Positions 13,735 through 25,929 of a stretch of 64,000 nucleotides of DNA are shown piece after piece; position 1 is the first letter of the stretch; each line of letters begins with the position of its first letter. The DNA lies in NCBI GenBank assembly GCA_043228905.1, contig JBHGNT010000010.1:5518001-5582000 (forward strand), written 5' to 3'. The notes under the pieces are model-generated. The model made no database searches. It saw only the letters and a list, made by a program, of their open reading frames with translations, and was not told where the DNA came from. The translations under genes and the position numbers were made by a program. Source of the stretch: Azolla caroliniana (taxonomy: Eukaryota > Plantae > Polypodiophyta).

Positions 13735-14788
13735 CGGTAACCATTCGGTTAAGTGCGTGCACACTTAAGTGCACCATTCTATTAAGTGCGCTTTTTTTTA
13801 TAGAGGTCAAAATCCAGATAAAAAAAATTACATTGTTCATGATGAAATTACATCAAACGAAATTAAAACTATGTGCCAAACATTCAAAAAACAATAAAAG
13901 AAAGGAGTTTCTAACCAAAAAAATAAATTAAAAGAATTTGTTACGTTATGGTGGGTGGGGTCTCCTGGAAATGCACAAAGAGAAATGCAAGGAAAAAAGA
14001 GAACCAAATTTCGGAATCGGTCTCTCCGATCGTAGCGTTTGTGTGCATGTTATGTGTTGTATGTGTGTGTGTGTTTTTGCGAGTTGGTAATTTTGATTCT
14101 CTTTAAAGAAAATAAACTTTCCTACTTAACCCAATTATCCATATCCATTTCCTTTTCCGTATTCATTCATTCTTAATTATGTTTCTTTCTTTCTTTCCCT
14201 CCCTCACTTTCTTAATTTTGTTTCTTTCTCTCCATCTCTCCTCTCGCCATCACCTTCGTTTATTCTTAATTTTCTCCTTCTTTCTTTCCCTCCCTCCCTC
14301 CCTCCCTCCCTCCTCCCTCTCTTTCTCTTTCTCTGCATCTCATTTATTTTCTTTCTGTTCCAGCCTATGCTTTCTCTGTTGCTCCCCCTCTCCCTTTTCT
14401 CGTCTCCTCCATCTCCATCTATACTACGATTCCTCAGACCTCCCGCCACTAGGAAGAGAATGCAAGGAAAAACTCATCATATCCAAGTAATTTCATTAGG
14501 TAGGCCTAGCAAAAAGGCAAAAACTCAAGGTAATATGGAATCGGGAAAAAGTGATATCCAACAATAGTACGCTAAAACCATAAACATTTCAGGTCAATTA
14601 TATCACATTAATCGATCATTTTCTAATGAAGAAACACATGATACGAACACAGAAGGAAAAAATTTCAAGAAACCCTAAATTTTTTCAAAATGCCCCAAAA
14701 ATTTTCAGAAAACCCCTAAATGTGTAGCTCGGTTAAGTGCACACTTCACCCATGTGTTCAAAGTGCAAACTTAATCGAATGGTTACTG
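13735..14788. mobile_element. Non-autonomous Tc1/mariner(pogo)-type DNA transposon / MITE
   Basis: TA TSD; TIRs cggtaaccattcggttaagt and (reverse complement) cagtaaccattcgattaagt, 18/20 identical; no transposase ORF. Confidence 0.85.
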
Positions 14789-15179
14789 TATGTGTGTGTA
14801 TGTGATTTCTAAATATTAACGTGTATATTTTCAAGTATTGACTTTGATGTTTATATGTGTATATATGTGTGTTCGTGTGCATGTTTTTATGTGTTGGTAG
14901 GTAGGAGGGCTATTTGGGGAAATATGAAGGGGTCTAAATGTTTTTCTTATGTCAATAGATGTCACCTGCAACATGGTCGATGTTGGTGTTGCGCAATGAC
15001 AATGAGAGCTACAACACCACCACCATTTTCAACAACAACTTTTGATTTTGTAGAGTTTGGGCTAGCAACTCACAAAGTAGTAGTCGAGTCGAAGGATTTG
15101 GAGCTCTACTTCAAGGAAAGCTTGAGGCAAAGCTTTCCTCAAAACAAGAGGAAGCTTGAGGTAGAGTTTTATTTGAAGT

Positions 15180-16227
15180 TGTCACGATACACTGACATAA
15201 AATACATAGTTGGTGAGGATTGAACTTCCAACCTCACATCGACAATACATCATGCTTAACCATCTTGATATGAGCATTGTACAAAATATGAACTTGATCT
15301 ATTGTCTAGACATCTAGAAAGTTATGGAAAGTTCCAAAAGATTCTAAAAGGTTCTAGAATATTCTTCAAAATATTCTAATGCATGTACCTCAGTTCACAA
15401 TATAAATACTTGTAACCTCTTTGGTCCCTGTCAAGGGATTCAACACTAGTCATTGACACATTAACCTAGTCTTCTTGTTCCATTCCATCTTCTCCTTCAT
15501 CATCTCTGTCTCCATGCTCTCATGTCATTCCTAAATTCCAAAGTTCCTAGCCTCATCGCTCCCAACTTCTAGAGTTCCTAGCCTTGTTAGTTTCAAATTC
15601 AAGTTCATAGCCTCGTCGTCCGTGCTCTGCCCTAGTTTGCAGTTGGTGTATTCGTGACAGTTTGAATCTCTTCCAATTGAAGCATCACCTATCTTCATCA
15701 TCGCCCTTGCTTCAAGAGTTACCATCGTCACTGACCTTGCTTCCAGAGTTACCGTCATCAACATCCTTGGTTTTAGAGACATCGTTGTTGCTTCTAGAGA
15801 TGCCATCGTCACCATAGTCACATTTGTCGCTCCCAAAGACGCATCCTCATCATCCTCATCGTTTTCACTGCCTTATCTTCGACATTATTATTTTCAACAC
15901 CTCTTGTTGTCTTCATCAATGCTACTTCACCAACCTTCATCGTCGTCAACACTACCTTGCATGGTCTTTCATTATCATCATTGATCCACTCTCTTCATTG
16001 TCGTCGTCATCATATACCTCAATTTCGGTGGGGATTGCATCGGCTACCCGCTTGTGCTACAATTTGTGTTGTGTTTTGGGTCAACCTCGACTATTTACCC
16101 TCTCATGATAGAAGAAACCGAGTTGAACGTTTTGTGTGCACTACTTCGCTTGTTTGTGTTCTAGTTCCCAATGAGGACCACACATGGTCGCTCACAGCCC
16201 GTTGGTGTTTGTGTTCCCCATGAGGAT
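15180..16227 (+). mobile_element. Truncated chromovirus-like element: 5' LTR 15180-15659 plus leader
   Basis: 8-bp TIR tgtcacga/tcgtgaca, TATAAATA at 15401, same architecture as the LTR at 60520-60990 (tRNA-like module, HSE array, self-priming PBS GTTTGAA..). Confidence 0.75.
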
Positions 16228-16628
16228 TGTGAAAAGAATAACGCGGAATACTACTCGGCCACAACTGACCCTTAGATCACTTCTTTGAGAATCAAACACA
16301 GGAATGGGGTTGGAGATAAGTACACGTACACACACGAACAATGGAGAGTACACAAAATGTTTACGTGGAAAACCCTAATAGGGAAAAACCACGGGAGCCC
16401 ACATACTCCAAACTATCACTATATGAAAAAGGTACAATCAGAGACTCGGAGGCAACGACCTCGAGCTTTGTATCTTCGCCAAGCGGCGGTTACAACAGAG
16501 TATCGCTCTGTATATCCTCTCTCGCTCTCTTCCTCTTTCTCTATGCAACATTTATACACATACAACAATATGACAACACTATCCACTATGATTGCCCTAG
16601 GTCATATTTATACTCATATGAACTTAGG
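16228..16628 (-). mobile_element. Partial LTR (U5/R/TATA) cut by copia 1
   Basis: Ends ..TTTTCACA on the minus strand, carries the U5-type motif tttacgtggaaaacc..ggaaaaaccacgg, minus-strand TATAAATA near 16605-16612. Confidence 0.6.
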
Positions 16629-19600
16629 TGTTGAGCGGCAAGCTCAACAAGAGCCGGATCGGCTGAATAAGCGAGATGAATCGGTATGCCGGTGAGCAAC
16701 CGAGCCGATAAGCAGTAAGGACCGGTGAGCTGGGGAGCCGGTATGCCGGATCCAATCCGTAACCGGAAGCCTAGTATAGGTTAGACTACTAGGCAGTTAT
16801 AGTCTCGTAGTTAGTGTCAGATGCTCGTGTGAGCATTGAAGTATACCGTACTTCTAACAGTCCCATGTGGACCTGTATAAATAGCGCTGATGAGCGTGTT
16901 GTAAAGATGAGCGAGCACAAAGTATTCATATAATTTTGAAAAATAGTGTGTCCTGCTCCCTCCCCTCTCTCTCTCTCTTTTGTGTGTTGTCCTTTCTAAC
17001 GCTTCCGCAAGCAATCTTTAACATGGTATCAGAGTGCGTGGGTTGAGAACCTCTACTGCAGACATCTACGCTTGTGAGGGAAACCCTAACAGATCGGAAA
17101 ACAAACACAAAAGGAGAAATGGACAGAGGTATGGCTACGTCGTTCCCGGTGGAGAAGCTCAATAGAACCAACTACGCATCTTGGTCATACAAGATGCACC
17201 AGTACCTGCTTGGGCATGGCTACTGGAGTTATGTCGACGGAGTGAACGACTCAACACCGGAGACGACACACAAGGACTTCCCAGTGTGGGAACAGGCGGC
17301 AAGCTGGGTGATGTAATGCTTCGCGTCCAGTGTCGGTGACCAGCTGCTCAGCCATATCCATGACGCCAAGACACCGAAGGATGCTTGGGGAAACTTGAAA
17401 CAGGTCTTCGCCGCAAGCACCACTGCCCGGAAGCTGCAACTCAGACAGGAGTTGAGCAATGTTCGACAGAAGAACATGTCGGTGGCAGATTACACAGACC
17501 GGATCAAAGGGATCTGTGACTCGCTTGCCTCTATTAACGTCACCGTAGAGGAAGACGAGATGGTGTAGGACTGTCTTGGAGGCCTGGCATCCAAGTTCGG
17601 AGCTTTTCGGACTGTGGTTTGTATAAGGGAGAATACACTCTCATTTTTCGACTTATAGTCGATACTCCTTGTAGAGGAGAACCACGCCGGTGCATCTACC
17701 AGTGCATCCCCAGACAGCCGGATGCTGTACATGGGAGTGGATCAGTCCCGCAGGCGTGGTGGACGAGGCAGGTCGGCACACAATGGAGGCGGCCGACAAG
17801 AGCAGGAACGAAGGCACAATGAGTGTGCCGACAACAGTTCCGGGACTTCCACAAGAAGGGGGAGTCAAGGTGGTGCCGGAGGCCGACAAGACAAATCCGC
17901 CACGGAATGCTGGTATTGTGGCAAAAAGGGCCACAGGGAAAGCGAGTGCTAGAGAAAGCGTGCTGATTCGGACAAATCCGGATCCGGCAAGACCGATAAG
18001 GAAGGCCGACAAAGCTCACACTACGCAAACAGATCGGGAGGATCCAAGAACTGTAAGGGGCTAGCCTTGGTGATGAAGCACAAGGCAAACTCAATGAAGA
18101 AGACCACTTCCAAATCGGAGGAAGTGTGGTACGTTGACTCCGGCGCATCGAACCACATGACGAGCCACGAGGAGTGGTTCTCTTTTTTGGAGAAACCGGA
18201 TCAACCGGGAGTTGTCGAAACCGGAGACGACACTCCCCACCCGATCGTGCACGTCAGAGAAGTCCCTTTGAGCCACGTCGGACAGAGGGGGAAGCTGATG
18301 AATTTACATGTTCCGATGATCACGAAGAACCTGGTGTCGGTCGGACAGATCATCGACCAGGGGATGCAGGTGCGGTTTACGCACCTCGGGTGCTTCATTG
18401 AGGATGAAGGCGAAGTTATTGAGCAAGGGCGCAGAGATGGGAGGATGTTTATCCTCAACACCAATGACATCGGCACCGCACTGTTTGCCAAAGGACAGAA
18501 GGTCGAGTCGGATGTCGACTTGTGGCACAAGCGGATTGGCCACGTCAACTACCGGAGGCTTCAAGACCTGCAAACGGAACAAGTCATTTTCGGTTTGCCG
18601 AAGTTTAGCGGCTAGAGAGCCTAGATTTGTGAAGCCTGCCAACTCGGGAAGCAACACTGGCTTCCATTTCTCGACGGAAGAAATCGAAGCCGTAACAAGC
18701 TCGATCTTATCCATTCGGATGTGTGGGGACCGGCACAAAATGTTAGCATTGGCGGGAGTCGATATTTCGTCTCCTTCATCGACGACTACATGCGGCATAC
18801 GTGGATCTACCTCATTGAGCGGAAGAGCGAAGTCTTCGAGTGTTTCCGGAGCCTCCAGAAGATGGTGGAACGGGAATCAAAGAGGAAGATCAAATACCTA
18901 CAGTCGGATGGCGGAAAAGAGTACCTTTCCGGCCAATTCAACAGCTATCTGCAACAAAAAGGAATTCGACGAGATTTCAGTTGTAGATACACACTGCAAC
19001 AGAACGGTGTGGCCGAAAGGAAGAATCGGTCGTTGATTAACGCGGCTAGGGCAATGCTGGAGGAAAAGAGCATGCCCAAGTTCTACTGGGCGGAGGCGGT
19101 CCAAACGGCCGTTTACATCCAGAACCGGATCGGGGACAAGGTGTCAACTCACGAGATGTATTTCGGGCGCAAGCCGAATTTGAGACACCTCCGGATATTT
19201 GGAAGCATAGCCTATGTACATGTGCCGGATGAGAAGCGGAGAAAGCTAGATGCAAAATTGGAAAAATGCATCCTAGTCAGTTATGCTCAAGAGCAAAAGG
19301 GGTATAAGTGTTATAACCCCCAGACGAAGCAGGTCCGAGTCAACCGAGATGTCAAGTTTGATGAATCGGCATCGTGGTATTCCTCACTAACTTCGACTTC
19401 CGATCCCGACCCAATGTCAGAGGATGGGGCTAGTGAGCCCGAACAGGCCCAGGTAGAGAAAGATGAAGCCAGGACTCAAGATGAGAGTCCGGAATCGTTC
19501 CGGTTAAGCGGGCCGAATGAGAGACTGGATCAGTCCAACTAGTCGGATGATGAGACGGTGAGTAGTGGAGACTCTGTTGTGCTCTCCCTGCGCAAGGAAC

Positions 19601-22357
19601 CGAGGAGACGATTCACACGCAAAGAGAAAGGGAAGCAGAAGATGCCGGAATTCGAGACCAACAATGATGAGTTGGATCATTGCGTATTTGACTTCGACAA
19701 TGACATAGGCAGATCTTTGGGAACGAAGATCGAATCGGCCAAGAAGGGTCTCATACCGGGTAACGGTGAGTTACGCCGGTCCACCCGCCAGAAGGATCCC
19801 GTTAAACGGTACGGGTATAACGAGTACATGGCGCATCATTATGTGTACATGACCAAGGTCGCGGAAGTGCGTGAGCCGGAGAGCTACGCAAAAGCGGCAA
19901 AGGATGCAAATTGGCGTGCCGCTATGGAGGAAGAAATGCGGGCGTTGGATGCCAACGGAACTTGGGACCTGGTTGACCCTCCCCGTCACTATAAATCGAT
20001 CGGATGCAAGTGGGTGTACAAGGTAAAGTATAATGTCGACGATACAATTAACCGGTACAAGGCCCGGTTAGTGGCGAAGGGATATGCGCAGACCCACGGA
20101 ATCGACTACGACGTGACCTTCGCTCCTATAGGGAAAATGACGACGGTTTGTGTGGTACTGGCGGTTGCTGCGGCAAGGGTGTGGCATCTTCATCAGATGG
20201 ATGTGAAGAATGCCTTCCTTCAAGGAGATCTTGAAGAAGAAGTCTTTATGACTCAGCCCCCCGGATTTCAGTCGGAGGTGAACAAGTCGGCGGTATGCCG
20301 GTTGAGGAAGTCGTTGTACGGCTTGAAGCAAGCCTCCCGTGCTTGGAATGCTAAGATCACGCACCGGTTGCGAAAGATGGGGTTTGTTGCCTCTAAGTAA
20401 AACTCTTCCCTGTTCATCCGTCAAGGCTCAAATGGTCCGGTATGTATCTTACTCTATGTTGATGATTTAGTCATCACCGGCCCAGGTCTTCTGGAAATCA
20501 ACCGCGTCAAGTCCCAGTTGTCGGATGCATTCGATATGAAGGACTTGGGGGACCTTCATTACTTTTTGGGGATCGAGGTGATCCGCATCCCCGACGACAT
20601 ATTGCTTTCTCAACGCCATTATGTGTTGAATATACTGTACAAGTTCGGCATGATGGAATGCCGACCTGTCTCCACACCCCTGGACCGAAATCAGAAGATC
20701 CGTCCCAACTCTGGACCAACCTGCGATGAGAAACGGTTCTGACAAATAGTCGGAAGCCTGATCTACTTGACCATCACTCGACCCGACATTAGCTATCCGG
20801 TCGGAGTGGTAAGCCAATTCATGCAGAAGCCAACCGTGGAGCACCTTTAATGCGCGCAACGAATACTGAGGTATGTAAGCGGCACTAAGGACCGGGGGCT
20901 CTTATACCGGCAAGGTATAACCGAAGAGCTTGTCGACTACACGGACGCCGACTGGGCTGGCGATGCAACGGATCGTCGCTCAACTTCCGGCTTTATGTTT
21001 TCTCTTGGGAGCGCGACTGTTGCGTGGAGCAGCAAAAAGCAGCCAACAGTGGCTCTATCCAGCACTAAGGCTGAATACCGGGGCGCAACCGTTGCCACCT
21101 ACGAAGCCATTTGGCTTTGGCGACTACTGCAAGACCTGCGGATCGAGGTACCGACCCCGATCCTGATCTACTGCGATAACCTCAGCAGCATGCAGCTTGC
21201 CAAGAACCCTGTGTTCCATGCTCGTACAAAGCACATAGAAGTGCATTATCACTTCGTGCGTGAACGGGTCCTGAGCGGTGAAGTTGAACTACGGTATGTT
21301 CACACGAATCGGCAAGTTGCCGACATCTTCACCAAGCCGCTCGGGTCGGACAAGTTGCAGCACTTTACCGAAATGCTTGGTGTTCAACATCTCGACGTGC
21401 CGCACTTGAGGGGGAGACGCAAGGGCAAAGACACTACCGAAACGGGCAAAGGCAAAAAAACTGTTGAACCCGTAGGTAAGAGAAGAACCGGCAGAGGTGG
21501 AGACAAGAAGAAAAATGAAGCCAAGTCGACGAAGGAAGTCGACACATCCGAATAGGTCGGAGTGAGCGGCTGTGAAGAAGCCAAGGGAAGCACGGAGAAG
21601 GCCAAGACTCGGACGTGGTCCGATGTGGTGAGAGGCTTGAAGCCGAAAATCGAATCGGAGGATACCGATTCAGACAAGAGCTGGAACGAGTCAGAGACAG
21701 CTGATTCGGATCAACAGACGGATCCGGATGAGTCGGATCAACGAGAGGCCAAGGAGACACGGACGCAGCGGAAGTCGATGCCATCGCGGAGGAACCGACG
21801 GATCGGCAAGCGCTGGAGTCATAACAACGAAGGAGCTGAGATGGGCCTATTGAGCAGACATGCCGAAGGTCGAGGCGCGCAGAATAAAAGGGGTCGCGGC
21901 AAACGAGACCGGACCGGACAAGGAGCGCGAGCAAGGCGAAGCGATGCCAAGAGAAGTCGGTTGGAGGAACCGGCTGCCACAGAGGTTGACACTAAGACCC
22001 TACCTCAGGTTGAGCTTGAGGGGGAGTGTTGAGCGGCAAGCTCAACAGGAGCCGGATCGGCTGAATAAGCGAGATGAATCGGTATGCCGGTGAGCAACCG
22101 AGCCGGTAAGCAGTAAGGACCAGTGCGTTGGGGAGCCGGTATGCCGGATCCAATCCGTAACCGGAAGCCTAGTATAGGTTAGACTACTAGGCAGTTATAG
22201 TCTCGTAGTTAGTGTCAGATGCTCGTGTGAGCATTGAAGTACACCGTACTTCTAACAGTCTCGTGTGGACCTGTATAAATAGCGCTGATGAGCACGTTGT
22301 AAAGATGAGCGAGCACAGAGTATTCATATAATTTTGAAAAATAGTGTGTCCTACTCC

Positions 22358-22399
<42 letters not shown>

Positions 22400-22441
22400 G
22401 TGTGTTGTCCTTTCTAACGCTTCCGCAAGCAATCTTTAACA
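16629..22441 (+). mobile_element. Ty1/copia element, copy 1 (LTRs 16629-17023 and 22027-22441), full-length but defective
   Basis: TG..CA LTRs, PBS tggtatcagag (tRNA-iMet), PPT ttgagggggag; gag CWYCGKKGHRESEC, protease WYVDSGASNH, GAG-pre-IN, IN, RT, RNase H in copia order; many stops and frameshifts; no TSD (ttagg vs agaac). Confidence 0.95.
17119..22032 (+). pseudogene. Copia gag-pol polyprotein pseudogene with a charged C-terminal extension
   Basis: ORF fragments 17074, 18067, 18721, 19558, 20518, 20995 and 21562 tile the polyprotein. Confidence 0.9.
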
Positions 22442-24264
22442 AGAACCAACCATGAGTCATATAGTTGTCTACATTACTTATGTCTTCTCTTTTATATATA
22501 AGGTTTGATTCGATTTGTAATCCAATTGTGATGCATGCCTTGTTACAATGCATGATTAAACATATCACTTTTTTTTTCATAAAAAACTATCCTTAATTGG
22601 TATTAAAATTAAAGTGGCCAAGGCAATCAATATACAAGATAATCCAATATTACAATGAATATTGTATAGCCATGCCGAATGACCGTAGCCAATCTTATTC
22701 ATGTTCGGCATGTCCAAGAATAATGTTTTCATCCAACAACCCCTTTCTTTCCATCTCAGCATGCATGTCACTTCCCTTCAGAATCTCCTTGCATTTTCAG
22801 TGTCTGTGCACTTGCAATACATGTCTATAAGAGCATTGCTCACGAAGACATTCAAGTCATAACCACTTTCAATTGTATGGTTGTGTATTAACTTGCCTAC
22901 TTCACAGTCTTTTAAGATGCAACACGCTTTTATAACATTAATATAGATATCCGAATATGGTTCAATATGAGACTCCCTCATCTTATTGTACATTTCAAGT
23001 GCTTCACAATCTTTTAAGCTGCAACACGCTTTTATAACATTAATATATTTATATCCGAATATGGTTCAATATGAGACTCCCTCATCTTATTGAACATATG
23101 ATGAATGAAGAAATCACAACATTCCATGAAGATACATTTTCCTCTGGCAATTTGATGAATATTTCATTAACTTCAGAAAAACTTCCAAGGGAGGATAACA
23201 TATCTATCATCTGATTTGCAATAGTGATGCTTGATAACAAACCATTGTTATAATAGGGTTATGTAATTGCTTAGCACAAGCTGGGTTTCCTTCTTTTTTT
23301 CATCTCGTTGCAAGAAAAAGTACTGATTCATTTGGAACAACTTTTCCTTTAGTAAACAATTCTTGAAATTCCTTGTCGATTGATCCATCTTCATGCACCT
23401 CATTGAAAAGGCCCAACAGTGCCAAAATAGTGATCATTCTCTTGCACATGATGGTCTTGTATTTGAAGGTATATCATTGTCAACCAAGCATGCTAATTTG
23501 ACTCTAAGAAATATATGAGGGCAATGCTTTTGTGGAGCTCCGAATCTTGCTAGAATTAAAGCATTATCAACTAGTGTCCCATTTGATGCCCAAAGCAATA
23601 AAGATGTTTCTGGGGATAACAAAAACCTGTAACAATAGCAACAAAAGAGTGAGAAGCCATGGCCATGGCTCAAAAACAAAGGAAGCAGAGATTGATGGAG
23701 AGTTACCAGCATGTTGCATTTTTTGTAACAATATAGTACCTTATCACAATTGTGAAATTCAGAATAGCCAATGAACAATGCATTGCAAGAGACAACATAT
23801 CGAGTTGAAACATGGTCAAAAAACTACTTGAGCAGTTTCAAGTAATCCAAATTTTCATACATATCAATGAGCATATTATTGATTACAATATCATGTTTCA
23901 AACCCCGTTTGTAGATATTGTTGTGCACTTCTTGTCCTTTTTCTACTACGTGAATACTTCCACATGTTTTCAAGACCCAAACAAAGGCCACGACATTTAG
24001 AGATATACCTTCCGAATGCATACATGAGTGGCATATAAGAGCATCCTCCCCACACCCATTTCCAACACATCCTAAAATCAGTGTTGTCCACGAGACTATA
24101 TTCTGTAATGGAAGTCTTTTGAACACATTGAGTGTCTCTGCGAAAAAGCCATTTCCAGCATATCCTCCCCACACCCATTTCCAACATAACAAGAGAAGGT
24201 GGAATACAATAAATAACCATTTTTGCCCTATATTGAACCCAACATTCAAGGTTGATGATGGCAA
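22442..24264 (-). pseudogene. PLS-class pentatricopeptide-repeat pseudogene fragments
   Basis: VIKAC..GKLIH..GYDLNVFVSNALIDMYCKC; NIVSWTTLILG..GEDAL..VLKTCG..GQEVH..NMLIDMY; multiple frameshifts and a roughly 100-bp internal duplication near 22910-23095. Confidence 0.85.
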
Positions 24265-24775
24265 TGTAATATTCTAAATTTGTCCTTTTAACTTCATCCC
24301 ACTTCTCTCGTAGTGGTTCCATTAACCTTTCACTTTAAAGCCCTAAGAGATATTCACATGCTTCCATGAAGAATAATTTTTCAGAAAAAAGAAGAAAACC
24401 AATCACATGCTTCCATGACCTACAAAATTTGTACCACAAAGAACCTTATAAAGTCATCTCAACAACCAAAATGGACCATTACAAAGTTCATGTGACAATT
24501 TCAATAGCAACACTCAAAAGGGCAATAATAAAACAATGCAAACAATCAATTACTTCCACATCACACACAATGCTCAACAATCAAAAGGATTTGTAATAAT
24601 GAAGTCCATACATATCATTATGTGATCAACATCGGTTCTAGATGGGTCAATAATAAAACATCCATGTCAAGCACAATGTATGTGCTCGAGAAAGCTTGAA
24701 TCTTGACAAATTGGATATCGTCACTCCAAGTCTCAAGAATCAACGACAAAACTATGTAGCCAATCACACACAATG

Positions 24776-25287
24776 TGTTGGGAATATGTCCCTCCAGTGG
24801 GAGGAGTCGATTGCATGGGCCAAGAAGTGCCGACAGTTGAAGTCAAGGAGGAGCCAATTGTTCGGGCCAAGTGCTGAGGGTTGAAGAGTCGACTGCGAGA
24901 AAGTTGACTGTGAGAGTCGACAAGAAGGAGATCCAGGTCGAAGACACGACCGACTAGTCGGGCTGACGGGAAGGTTGATGACTAGGTCAACTAGTCGAAC
25001 CGACTCAATAGTCGACACTAGAGTCGACTAATGGCTACTTATTATTATAGATAATAATAGTAGAGATGTGTTGTACGGGCTGCATTTGTAAATAGCCCAT
25101 ACAATGTATAAGTATAAATACACTTAGGGAAAATTAGAGAGATGTGGGAGTAGAACATAATAGTGGTTGTAGCGTGAGAGTGAGAGTGAGAAAGAGAGCG
25201 GCGCCATAGCTAATTGAGCTTGAATGTCAAGAGCCTTGTGCGGCTGATACACTCGGTCTTTCAGAGTGTTGTATTGTGTGATTTCAC
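24776..25287 (+). mobile_element. Partial LTR (F) interrupted by element C
   Basis: Starts TGTTGGG, repeated gtcgac/ctagtcg motifs in U3, TATAAATA at about 25113, breaks at the LTR of C. Confidence 0.55.
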
Positions 25288-25929
25288 TGTTAACCGTTTC
25301 TGGAGGAAACACCTTCGATGAGCCCTTAGGCTATCGGTATCAAAGGGTCGTGGTACGTGAAGGCTTCTTCTACACCGAGAAGACGTTAGGGGAATCGGGA
25401 GTGTACACTGGCTACAACCCGGTAGATGTAAACGTAGCTAGGATTACGAGTATGGGGAGAACACACAGATGAAGGAATAGTAATAGCGAGATTTTATATT
25501 AAATGAGAAAGCTCACAATGAATACAGTACACGGCTGTCGGCCGGAAACAGTTTTGTGCAGAGCTAAGTGCTACTATGTTAATCCTGCTAATAATCTAGG
25601 TATATCTCTCTCTACTGAGGTGTGCAGGTCTCAGCTTATATAGTTTTCTTCTTACACAGAGCCAAGCCGTCGGCTGATTATGAGGGGCTCAAAAACTCGA
25701 CTAATTTAGCTCTACCTATTTCCTCACCTACTTTTCTACCTACCAGCGAGTTACATATTTTGTAATTACATTTCAGGCCTATCAACAACACCTGGCACGC
25801 CGTGGGACAGGACTTTGTCCGTCGGACCCACGATTCTCAAAGTGGAGGGATAATAAACGGATTTTGCCAAAATTTTACAAAATTGCCCTTTTATACAAGG
25901 GGGCTTAAGGGTTTGTTTTAATCCTTTTC

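Noticed and set aside
14179-14567. ORFs inside the MITE as a transposase
   Set aside because: Low-complexity CT-rich translation; no DDE/D or HTH motif.
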